DNA from: an uncultured Paraprevotella sp.
GTDB lineage: Bacteria > Bacteroidota > Bacteroidia > Bacteroidales > Bacteroidaceae
Direction: 5' to 3'
NCBI GenBank assembly: GCA_900766785.1
Contig: CAAFWT010000057.1
Span: 1-40,392, forward strand
Length of the DNA: 40,392 nt
This document shows, one piece after another, positions 16,732 to 24,521 of the stretch; the stretch's first letter is position 1, and each line of letters begins with the position of its first letter. The notes below the pieces were generated by a model, which was not told the origin of the DNA, did no database searches, and saw only the letters and a list, made by a program, of their open reading frames with translations. Both the position numbers and the translations under genes were made by a program.

Positions 16732-17796
16732 TTATTGAGTGATAATCTTGCGTGTTATGGCACTCTTCCCATCGCTGACGTGGAGGAGGTAGGTTCCTGC
16801 TTCAGGCATGCGTACCTTCACCTGTGTGCCCATTTCGCTTGCCACCTGTTCGCCCTGTAGGGTGTACAGGCTGCATGTGAGCATCTGGCTGCCAGTAATG
16901 CTTATCTCTCTTCCTGCTACAGTTATTTGGGCATCTGTGTCTGGTGTCTCTTGCAGTCCGGAAGGGATGGTGGTGCCCAGGTACTCCGCATGGATGGTTT
17001 CTTCGAAGACATTGATAGTGATATAGTAGTATCCGTCCTTGCTGATGGTCCATTTGGTGTCTTCCGGTCCACAGTACCAGAATTGTGTGGCACTGGTGAG
17101 AGTCTGATCGGCGCGTAATGGATGGAGCACCTTAGGCGACCAGCCATATTGACCGTTTATCTTCAGCTTGTTTGATTCTACGTTGGAGGAGTACACCTTC
17201 AGTTCTCCTGTCCAGCTCCACACGTTGGGGTCATAGGGCGAGCGTGTCATGGCTTTTCCTGCGCCCACCTGCCATTGTCCGGCACTGGAGCCGCTCCCTT
17301 GGTTGTCCTCCACACATCCGCCCACTATCCAGGCCTCGTACCATTGAGCGAAGAGTTCGCCCGAGAGGGATTTCTCAGTAGGATCTACGGTGAACCGGTA
17401 GTTGTCTGCTTCGAAGAGTATTGTCCATGCTGCATCGGTGGTGTCACGTGTGGATGCATAACTTATCCCATTGTTCACTATATTGGCATCCACCTGCCGT
17501 GGAGCAAAGTATGAGGTACTGATCTCGTTTCTGCTCTCTGTGGTCTGAACATAGAGTTTCCCGGGAAGTAGCTTACCGTGATACTTGAATGTGTACTTTC
17601 CTGATGTGTTTGTGATGAAGCGTGTCAGAGGTTGGGTACCTCCAGGTACGGCGCTACCGGATATCCACAGTCGGGTTTGGGACAGCATGGTAGCGGGCAT
17701 GAGGAGTATTGCGAGCAATGCCATGAGTGCGGCTTTGCCTATAGAGTTGTATCGGTGCATATGGTGTCGCATAACGGTTATGATGAAGCGTTTCAT
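16732..17796 (-). CDS. SusE/SusF-like glycan-binding protein with T9SS C-terminal sorting domain
   Basis: Signal peptide, Ig/CBM-like repeats (YTFKYHGKLLPG..., KLKINGQYGWSP) and a C-terminal ~80 aa resembling a Por secretion tail (AGTYLLHVSDGKSAITRKIITQ). The start at 17796 overlaps the GH31 stop (ATGA). Confidence 0.65.
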   Translation of the reverse strand: MKRFIITVMRHHMHRYNSIGKAALMALLAILLMPATMLSQTRLWISGSAVPGGTQPLTRFITNTSGKYTFKYHGKLLPGKLYVQTTESRNEISTSYFAPRQVDANIVNNGISYASTRDTTDAAWTILFEADNYRFTVDPTEKSLSGELFAQWYEAWIVGGCVEDNQGSGSSAGQWQVGAGKAMTRSPYDPNVWSWTGELKVYSSNVESNKLKINGQYGWSPKVLHPLRADQTLTSATQFWYCGPEDTKWTISKDGYYYITINVFEETIHAEYLGTTIPSGLQETPDTDAQITVAGREISITGSQMLTCSLYTLQGEQVASEMGTQVKVRMPEAGTYLLHVSDGKSAITRKIITQ

Positions 17797-20351
17797 TTCT
17801 TGATTATTTTTCTTACTGTGGTTTTCCCATCCACGATGGCCCTGCATATATATGTGCCAGTGGGCAAGGTGGCCAGAGAGAGATGTAGGCTGGAGGCTTC
17901 CTGTGCTTCCCCATTGGCTACACATGCTCCGCCTATGGTGCTTATGGTTAGGCGTATGCTGGTGGCCTTTTGTGGTGTGGTGATATGAACGGCTTCTTGA
18001 TTGCTGTCATAGTTGATCTGTGCATTGCCATCAGCTTCCGCCTGTTCCCCTTCTGCGGGGGAGATGGGAACTCTCAGGGTTAGTGCTGTGCCCAGGTCCT
18101 CAGCAGTGATGGATATCTTGAGCAGTTTGCTGGTGGAGTTGTAGCTGATGAGCGATGCGTCCACGGGATCCCCGTTGACGGTGATGCCCTGCAGGTTGCA
18201 GTTCTCAGGTGTGGCGGGCATCTCTATGGCCCATGTGCGCTTGACGGGTATTCCTTCGAATGTTCCCTGACGGCCATGTATGGTGAGGGAAATCTCCTCT
18301 GCCGTACGCTTTTGTGTGAAGGTGGTACGTGCCCATTCATCGCCCGTGTATGCATTGTTGGCTCCGTCATCTTCATAGAGGCTTCCCGAGCCGTCTGCAC
18401 CTGGCACCACGTAGAGGGTGATGGTGGATGGATTATAGACCACTGTGCGCTGTGTGGGATAGAAGGGGATTATGGATCCGGCTTTGTAGTAGACGGGGAA
18501 CTGGTCCAGTGTGAACTCTCCCCGGAAGGTACGGTCGCCCTGTGCCAGGCTGTTCTGTGTGACGTCCCACCAGAGTCCTTTCGGCAACCATATGTTGCGT
18601 GTGCTGATGCCGCCCTGTGCGGGTTCGTAGATGGGAGCCACCAGGATGTCGTTTCCGAACATGAATTCATCTTCAAACTGGTAAGCCTTTCCTTCCTCGG
18701 GCCATTCGTAATAGAGCGGACGGTTCATGCCTATACCTGTGTCATACGTTTCTCTGGCGGCGGTATAGAGGTAGGGGAAGAGTCTATAGCGCAAGCGTAC
18801 GGCTTCTCTCAGCTGCACGAAGTTGGGGTATTTCCATATTCTGCGTTCTATGTCGTCGCTCTTCAAAGCATGTGTGCGGAAGATGGGCGTGTATACTCCA
18901 AACTGCAGCCAGCGCAGGTAGAGTTCCTGGTCATTGCGTCCTCCCTGATGTCCGCCTATGTCATGTCCCCAGTAGGTATAACATACGTTGCTGGCATTGC
19001 TGGTGAAGTATGCCAGATATCCCAGTGTGGTCCATTTGGAGAAGGTGTCTCCTGAGAAGCCGATGGGATATCGGTGGCTGCCCAGTCCTCCCCAGCGGTG
19101 GTAGATGACGGGGCGCAGTTCAGGTCTGTTGGTACGCATATCCTCAAAGAAGGTATGGTTGCACCAGAAGGTCTCCCCCAGGGTCATATTGTTTACTAGC
19201 AGATGCTGTTGCCAGTCGAGCCACCAGAAGTCAACCCCCATCTGTTCGTATTTCCTAAGGAAGCATTTGAAGATGGCCTTCATGTAGTCATAGTCCTCCA
19301 CGGCCCAGGGGAGGGTGGCAGTATAGTTGTCGGGGTATCCCAACTCCTTCTTCATCTCGTCATAATAGTCTTCGTGCGAAGCCACTCCATCCGCGGGGTG
19401 CAGGTTGAGCGCGGTACGTATCCTGTGCTGATGCATATAGGTGATGAGCTCTTGCGGATTGGGAATGAGATTTGTGTTCCAGCTCCAACCGGTCCATCCG
19501 TCCTTATGCCAGTCCATGTCCATGATGAGTACGTCCATGGGTACTGAGTATTTTTCCACATCCCTGATGATTTGCTTGAAGTCATCGGTGGAGTAGGCGG
19601 CATATCTGCTATACCAGTATCCGAAGATGTATTTGGGAGGCAAGGGTATGCGTCCGCCCACCTTGATATAGTCAGAGATGCATTGCTTGTAGTTATGTCC
19701 ATATCCCAGGAAGTACCAGTCTGTGGCATCGGGGTCTATGGGGTATTCCCACCACATGAATCCTTCCTTGTTCGGCTTGAGTGCATAGGAGGTACTGCCG
19801 TCCTCCCTGGTGGTCTTAGGACTTTCGTCTATGATGGCCCATCCAGCTCTAGAGACAAGTCCTTTCTCCAGCCTGTCTCTCATGTTGTCTCCCCAAGCAG
19901 TATCCAGGGTGCGGTGTGTACCCAGCAGGTTCAGAGCATCATCCTTCCCAGGATACCATTTACAGGTGAATCCGTTCATCTGGAAGGTGATGAGCAGGTT
20001 GTTGGGATTCTTGTCCGACTCTTTAGGCACCGATCCAAGTTTGTATCGCAGGTCGATACTGTCGGTGTGGATATAGAGATAGGTATCATCATACTGAGTG
20101 GTGAAGTGTGGCACAGGCAGTTTGCGGTTGACGATGGCAAAGGTGGCTCGGTCCTCAAACTGTGCCGTGGCACTGTATTGGATGCGTATCATGCGGTCCG
20201 TGAGGACTGTGAAGCGTACATTGCCTGCTGTGACCACAGCCTCGGGATGAGGCATGGGGTCCATCTCCTCAGCATTTCCTTGGAGCGCGGGTACGCATAG
20301 GAGTATCAGTAAGAATAGCCAATGGGAATAGGTAAAATGGAATGGTTTCAT
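17793..20351 (-). CDS. GH31 family glycoside hydrolase with T9SS C-terminal sorting domain
   Basis: Signal peptide from MKPFHF and a TIM-barrel region with DVLIMDMDWH, VDFWWLDW and YWGHDIGGH. The C-terminal tail is TGTYICRAIVDGKTTVRKIIKK. Substrate specificity is not callable. Confidence 0.8.
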   Translation of the reverse strand: MKPFHFTYSHWLFLLILLCVPALQGNAEEMDPMPHPEAVVTAGNVRFTVLTDRMIRIQYSATAQFEDRATFAIVNRKLPVPHFTTQYDDTYLYIHTDSIDLRYKLGSVPKESDKNPNNLLITFQMNGFTCKWYPGKDDALNLLGTHRTLDTAWGDNMRDRLEKGLVSRAGWAIIDESPKTTREDGSTSYALKPNKEGFMWWEYPIDPDATDWYFLGYGHNYKQCISDYIKVGGRIPLPPKYIFGYWYSRYAAYSTDDFKQIIRDVEKYSVPMDVLIMDMDWHKDGWTGWSWNTNLIPNPQELITYMHQHRIRTALNLHPADGVASHEDYYDEMKKELGYPDNYTATLPWAVEDYDYMKAIFKCFLRKYEQMGVDFWWLDWQQHLLVNNMTLGETFWCNHTFFEDMRTNRPELRPVIYHRWGGLGSHRYPIGFSGDTFSKWTTLGYLAYFTSNASNVCYTYWGHDIGGHQGGRNDQELYLRWLQFGVYTPIFRTHALKSDDIERRIWKYPNFVQLREAVRLRYRLFPYLYTAARETYDTGIGMNRPLYYEWPEEGKAYQFEDEFMFGNDILVAPIYEPAQGGISTRNIWLPKGLWWDVTQNSLAQGDRTFRGEFTLDQFPVYYKAGSIIPFYPTQRTVVYNPSTITLYVVPGADGSGSLYEDDGANNAYTGDEWARTTFTQKRTAEEISLTIHGRQGTFEGIPVKRTWAIEMPATPENCNLQGITVNGDPVDASLISYNSTSKLLKISITAEDLGTALTLRVPISPAEGEQAEADGNAQINYDSNQEAVHITTPQKATSIRLTISTIGGACVANGEAQEASSLHLSLATLPTGTYICRAIVDGKTTVRKIIKK

Positions 20352-20425
20352 ATATAGATGATTGATATTTTTGTTTATTTCCTGATGAGACAGTAAAGCA
20401 GTCTTGTTCTTTTGTTTTTGATATG

Positions 20426-20433
20426 CAAAGTTA
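20426..20433 (-). promoter_or_regulatory. -7 promoter box (TAACTTTG) for the GH31 operon
   Basis: The minus strand reads TAACTTTG about 75 nt upstream of the ATG at 20351. Confidence 0.4.
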
Positions 20434-20698
20434 AGGAATAAATATCGTTGGGACATGCTTTTTGCAAAGGTAAATGGGAGGAAGTTTTAGGATTCTGCTG
20501 ACCATCATCATGGATATGGAGATTCTGTCTTAAGTATAGGGGGTGCCATTACACTCTTTGCAGGGGATGAAGTGACTTGGACATTTAGGTCTTGCTCTGC
20601 CATTCTCCTCTGCTCTTCCTTGGTCTCCCGTGCTAAAGGGGAACACCAGCGGGAGGAAGGTGGGAGGGATAGGGGAGAGGATATGGGGATGCCCGAGG

Positions 20699-21577
20699 TT
20701 AGTCTTCTGGCTGGGTCTTCTCGTAGGCCGACTTGAAGTGCTGTATCGTGCTGCCTGCCAGCATCATGCCGAAGATGCCCGTGATGTGACTTAGCGAACC
20801 GTTGATCTGTGCCTTGCTCGTACACCATTCGTGATTGACGAGTGTGGGGTCTCCTAGGGCATCGTATCGGGCTTCTCCTGAAGTGCTGTTCCCACTCATG
20901 AGTTTTGCCTTAGGACACATGCAGTTGACGGTTCCGCATGTGAGTGCCTGTCCTTCGTTTCTCAGTGGTTGCTCTTCGCTATAGACGCATAGGAAACGTC
21001 TCTTGGGGAAGGTCTTGGCCCGCTTGAACTTATTGCGCAGTGCTCGTGCAAGAGGGTCTCCCTTGATGTTCCAGAATTCTGCCAGACGCACCTTAGTGGG
21101 ATCTATGCGCAGTGCTGCTCCCATGCTGCTCAGGAAGAGCAGTTGTGAGGCGGGGTATGATGTGGCATGCCTTATGAGGTGAGCCTTCTCCTGCAGGGAG
21201 TCGATAGCATCTATCACGCAGTCATATTGTTCTATGTGGAAGTCGGCCGCGTTTTGCTCATTGTATATTTTCTGCCAGGCAGTGATGTCCGCATGGGGAT
21301 TGATCTCGAGCAAACGTTCCTTCAGGGCTTCCACTTTCACTCTGCCCACCGTCTTGGTGGTGGCCATGTTCTGCCTGTTGACATTAGTGATGCATACAAG
21401 GTCGGAGTCCACGATGGTGAGGTGGCATATGCCACTGCGCACCAGACTCTCTGCGCACCACGACCCTACTCCTCCCACGCCGAATATGATGACGCGTCTC
21501 TGCATGAGGTAATGCATGAATCCTTCTCCGAGCAGAAGTTCGTTGCGGTTGTATATTCCTTTCTCTATTCCTTTCAT
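20699..21577 (-). CDS. tcdA: tRNA threonylcarbamoyladenosine dehydratase (ThiF/HesA-type E1-like)
   Basis: VIIFGVGGVGSWCAESLVRSG...VDSD.VC.TN.NRQ is the TcdA/CsdL nucleotide-binding block. The ORF opens at 21610, but the Met at 21577 gives the usual N-terminal length. Confidence 0.85.
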   Translation of the reverse strand: MKGIEKGIYNRNELLLGEGFMHYLMQRRVIIFGVGGVGSWCAESLVRSGICHLTIVDSDLVCITNVNRQNMATTKTVGRVKVEALKERLLEINPHADITAWQKIYNEQNAADFHIEQYDCVIDAIDSLQEKAHLIRHATSYPASQLLFLSSMGAALRIDPTKVRLAEFWNIKGDPLARALRNKFKRAKTFPKRRFLCVYSEEQPLRNEGQALTCGTVNCMCPKAKLMSGNSTSGEARYDALGDPTLVNHEWCTSKAQINGSLSHITGIFGMMLAGSTIQHFKSAYEKTQPED

Positions 21578-21590
21578 TCCGTTGAGCTGT

Positions 21591-21803
21591 TTACAGGTTG
21601 GCGTAGTCAAAGTTCTTGTACTCGTAGTTCTCCTTGGGTGTCAAGGGCCATCCCCGTTTGTCCTGGCATTTATTGATTTCGTCGATGAGGTAATATAGGA
21701 TACGTTCGCTGTCTGTCTGTCTGTCCCTCATATGTTCTTTCCCCCTTCTCAGCGACAGAGTTCGGCGCATTGGTTTCATGGCTGGATGCAGTCCTGAGAC
21801 CAT
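21591..21803 (-). CDS. Hypothetical small protein (70 aa from the first ATG after the promoter box)
   Basis: The ORF ends 13 nt upstream of the tcdA Met at 21577. The C-terminal half (ERILYYLIDEINKCQDKRGWPLTPKENYEYKNFDY) looks protein-like and a -7 box lies just upstream. I recognise no family. Confidence 0.35.
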   Translation of the reverse strand: MVSGLHPAMKPMRRTLSLRRGKEHMRDRQTDSERILYYLIDEINKCQDKRGWPLTPKENYEYKNFDYANL

Positions 21804-21826
21804 GCTTGAACTGTTGCTTGTTATTG

Positions 21827-21834
21827 CAAAATTA
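21827..21834 (-). promoter_or_regulatory. -7 promoter box (TAATTTTG)
   Basis: The minus strand reads TAATTTTG 24 nt upstream of the ATG at 21803. Confidence 0.45.
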
Positions 21835-21936
21835 CTCAATCTGATGTTTTTCTCCAAGATTTTTCTTGAAATAAGAATGTTTCACCGATACGGTCTTCGG
21901 ATTCAGTACAAAGGTGCAGTTGGATGGCAGAAAACA

Positions 21937-21976
21937 GGGCATCTGCAGAAAAATCAAAGGGGGCACACAGATGCCC
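21937..21976. other. Perfect 9-bp inverted repeat (GGGCATCTG N22 CAGATGCCC)
   Basis: Read directly. It lies in the divergent intergenic region between the tcdA-side genes and the RHH-S24 gene. Confidence 0.8.
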
Positions 21977-22069
21977 AAAGCGCAGAACCTCTGCAGCCTG
22001 CTGGCTGTGCCCGTGAGCCTGTAGGAATGGGGTGGTGAAGTGGGATGGAAGGGATGCTGGTAGATTTTG

Positions 22070-22113
22070 CTTGAAAGATGTATTACGTTATTCAAGAAGT
22101 TTGTGTAACTTTG
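22070..22113 (+). promoter_or_regulatory. Candidate promoter/operator of the RHH-S24/umuC pair
   Basis: A -7 box TAACTTTG at 22106-22113 lies 20 nt upstream of the ATG at 22133. The inverted repeat CTTGAA (22070-22075) N15 TTCAAG (22091-22096) covers the upstream promoter region. Confidence 0.35.
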
Positions 22114-22132
22114 TGGAAAGAATCAAACGGAT

Positions 22133-22798
22133 ATGGCAGAAAGCAACAAGAAATCATCCCACGGAGGAGCACGTCCGGGGGCAGGCCGACCATCACTTGG
22201 GGTTCAGGGAAAGCTGTTCTCCTTTCGTGTGTCGGGGGAGATGGCGCAGTTTCTGGACAGGCAGGAGAACCGGACGGAGTTCATACGCAGAGCTCTCCAT
22301 CAGGCCAGGGAGCAGTTTGCCTCCCCAGGGGCAGAGCACTCTCTGCCTCCAAAGCTTCTGCAGCTCGGAGAGATCTATCCTGCCACACGGGTCAAGGAGC
22401 TGAACGTGCAGTTCTTTGACATGGGCATCGTGGCAGGATTTCCTATCCCGCTGGACAACGATGAGAAGGCGCAAAGCATAGAACTGCTGAAGATGCTCTG
22501 TCCCTGTCCGGAATCGTCCTATCTGATTCGTGTGGAGGGCAACTCCATGATTGATGCGGACATCTGCTCGGGGGATATCGTCATCGTGGACAAGAGCTGT
22601 CGCAACCCCTCGCCATCCCAGGTGGCCGTCTGTGAACTGAATGGGGAGTATACCTTGAAACGGTTTGAGATACGTGACGGAGAGGGATGGCTTATCCCTG
22701 CCAACCCCAACTTCCCGGAAATCAAGGTGACAGAGGCCGACTCGTTTTCTATCTGGGGCACCGTCACTTACGTTATCCACAAACCACACAGCAAGTAG
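22133..22798 (+). CDS. RHH-domain / S24 peptidase fusion (LexA/UmuD-like self-cleaving regulator)
   Basis: The N-terminus has an Arg/Gly arm (GGARPGAGRP) plus a ribbon-helix-helix pattern (KLFSFRVSGEMAQFLDRQENRTEFIRRALHQA). The C-terminal S24 domain has the VA-GFPIP cleavage-site region, nucleophile GNSM and LKRF lysine. Confidence 0.8.
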   Translation: MAESNKKSSHGGARPGAGRPSLGVQGKLFSFRVSGEMAQFLDRQENRTEFIRRALHQAREQFASPGAEHSLPPKLLQLGEIYPATRVKELNVQFFDMGIVAGFPIPLDNDEKAQSIELLKMLCPCPESSYLIRVEGNSMIDADICSGDIVIVDKSCRNPSPSQVAVCELNGEYTLKRFEIRDGEGWLIPANPNFPEIKVTEADSFSIWGTVTYVIHKPHSK

Positions 22799-22801
22799 CA
22801 G

Positions 22802-24070
22802 ATGTTTGCGCTGGTAGATTGCAACTCATTCTTCTGTTCTGTGGAGAAGGTGTTTCATCCTGGTTTGGATGGACGTCCGGTATGTGTCCTCTCAAGCAAC
22901 GATGGCTGCATCGTGGCACTCACTCCCGAAGCAAAGGCTGTGGGGCTGCATCGGGGTGACCCTATCTTCAAGATGAAGGACATCGTGGAGAAGCATCAAG
23001 TGATTCTCTTCTCCACCAACATGCCACTCTACGCTGCCATGAGCAGGAGGGTGACCAGCATCCTGCGGCTTTCTGTTCATCATGTGGAAAACTATTCCAT
23101 CGATGAGTCCTTCTGCGACTTGAAGAGTTTTGGGGAACATTTCGATCTGACAAAACTGATGAGGGAAGTGAGACAGCGCATCAAGCTGTGGACCGACATA
23201 CCGGTGAGTATCGGAATAGCTCCCTCAAAGACGTTGGCGAAGATGGGCTCCAAGTTCGCAAAACAATACCAGGGATATCGGGGAGTGTGCATGATAGACA
23301 CAGAGGAGAAGCGTCGCAAGGCGCTGGAAATCTTTGCCCTCTCGGATGTGTGGGGGATAGGCCGACGTACATTGGAGGTGCTGAATTACTATGGGGTACA
23401 TACACCCCTGCAGTTTGCCGACAAGAAGGAATCGTGGGTGAGGGCGCATTTCCACCAGCCAGGGGTACAGACGTGGATGGAACTGAACGGAATCCCTTGT
23501 ATAGATACCAGCGAGGTGATACGCAATCAGAACATCTGTACAAGCCGAAGTTTTGGGGATATGGTATCCGACCTGCCCTCGCTGAAGGCTTCGGTGGCAT
23601 CCTTCGCGTCCAGTTGTGCCAACAAGCTCAGGGGGCAGCAGAGCCTTTGCCAGTCGGTGACGGTATTCGTCTCCAGCAATTCCTTCCGGACCGACCTTCC
23701 TCAGTATGGCAATGCTGCCACGGTCCTCCTCGCCACTCCCACAGCAGATACGTTGGAGATCAACAAGGCTGCCATGCAGTGCCTGGAGTCTGTCTATCTG
23801 CCCGGTATCATGTATAAGAAGTCGGGCGTGCTGCTGGGGAAGATTTCTCCCGCTTATCCTGCCCAGATGGAACTTTTCAACTCTCCCGTCAGACGTATGC
23901 GCCGCGAGAATCTCATGCATGCTCTGGATGATATCAATCAGCGTTATGGCGCCAAGACACTTCATCTGGCTGTGGAGGACTGTGGTCATCAGCCGTGGCA
24001 TGTGAAGTGTGAACACAGAAGTCCCAACTATCTGACCGATATCAATGAGATACTGACCATCAGGATATGA
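22802..24070 (+). CDS. umuC: Y-family translesion DNA polymerase (UmuC-like)
   Basis: MFALVDCNSFFCSVEKVFHPGLDGRPVCVLSSNDGCIVA... and YSIDESF are close to the UmuC N-terminus. The start is 3 nt after the S24 gene stop. Confidence 0.9.
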   Translation: MFALVDCNSFFCSVEKVFHPGLDGRPVCVLSSNDGCIVALTPEAKAVGLHRGDPIFKMKDIVEKHQVILFSTNMPLYAAMSRRVTSILRLSVHHVENYSIDESFCDLKSFGEHFDLTKLMREVRQRIKLWTDIPVSIGIAPSKTLAKMGSKFAKQYQGYRGVCMIDTEEKRRKALEIFALSDVWGIGRRTLEVLNYYGVHTPLQFADKKESWVRAHFHQPGVQTWMELNGIPCIDTSEVIRNQNICTSRSFGDMVSDLPSLKASVASFASSCANKLRGQQSLCQSVTVFVSSNSFRTDLPQYGNAATVLLATPTADTLEINKAAMQCLESVYLPGIMYKKSGVLLGKISPAYPAQMELFNSPVRRMRRENLMHALDDINQRYGAKTLHLAVEDCGHQPWHVKCEHRSPNYLTDINEILTIRI

Positions 24071-24081
24071 CTCTGCTGCCA

Positions 24082-24107
24082 GGCTGGGTCGATGGCATCG
24101 TCCAGCC
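24082..24107 (+). terminator. Stem-loop just after umuC (weak terminator candidate)
   Basis: GGCTGG..CGAT ggc ATCG.CCAGCC. No T-run follows, so function is uncertain. Confidence 0.25.
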
Positions 24108-24465
24108 GGCGGAAACATATCACTAAGCCCAGATTCTTCCCCGAAGGACCTCGGCGAATATGAAATGCAGTGATATGTGGAGAGTATGAAGGAGGCGTTG
24201 TCATATTGTTAGGGAAAACAATCTGAAAGCTTACAGAATGATAGTTTGAAAGATGCAGCGTTCTTGCTCAAAATAGAGAATCGCCATGCACAAATCATCT
24301 CTTTTGTGCAAAAAATCATTTGGGATGCGTTGCGGAAAATTGCACAAAAAGGCACAAGTGTGCAGTTTTTGGGCTTTTCTGCTGGTTTTTTGCCTCGTGG
24401 AAGCCATGAAAGTGTGGTCTGGAGAGTATCTCTTTTGGGCCCCTTGAATATCTGTTTTCTCGGAT

Positions 24466-24521
24466 GCAAATATATGCAACCGCGGATGCAAACGTTTGCG
24501 TCCGCCATTGCAAACGTTTGC
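24466..24521. repeat. Array B: three GC-clamped 12-nt palindromes on a 22-bp register
   Basis: GCAAATATATGC (24466-24477) and GCAAACGTTTGC (24488-24499 and 24510-24521), with linkers AACCGCGGAT and GTCCGCCATT. Confidence 0.85.

Noticed and set aside
20651-20689. G-tract-rich purine run (GGGAGGAAGGTGGGAGGGATAGGGGAGAGGATATGGGG) as a G-quadruplex element. Similar purine runs occur at 22028-22055 and 24690-24722.
   Set aside because: Loop lengths are borderline for canonical G4 rules. The tracts differ between sites, and I cannot link them to any function from sequence alone.
20508-20828. A 106-aa minus-strand ORF overlapping the 3' end of tcdA and the downstream spacer.
   Set aside because: It overlaps tcdA in another frame and has a Pro/Ser/Arg-rich low-complexity translation. 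No promoter box or homology is recognisable.
22071-24255. A 10-bp direct repeat TTGAAAGATG (22071-22080 and 24246-24255) flanking the RHH-S24/umuC pair, as possible target-site duplication or att sites.
   Set aside because: A 10-mer match between two regions of a few hundred bp is expected by chance at roughly the 0.1-0.2 level. No integrase or transposase is present, and the left copy sits inside the candidate operator.
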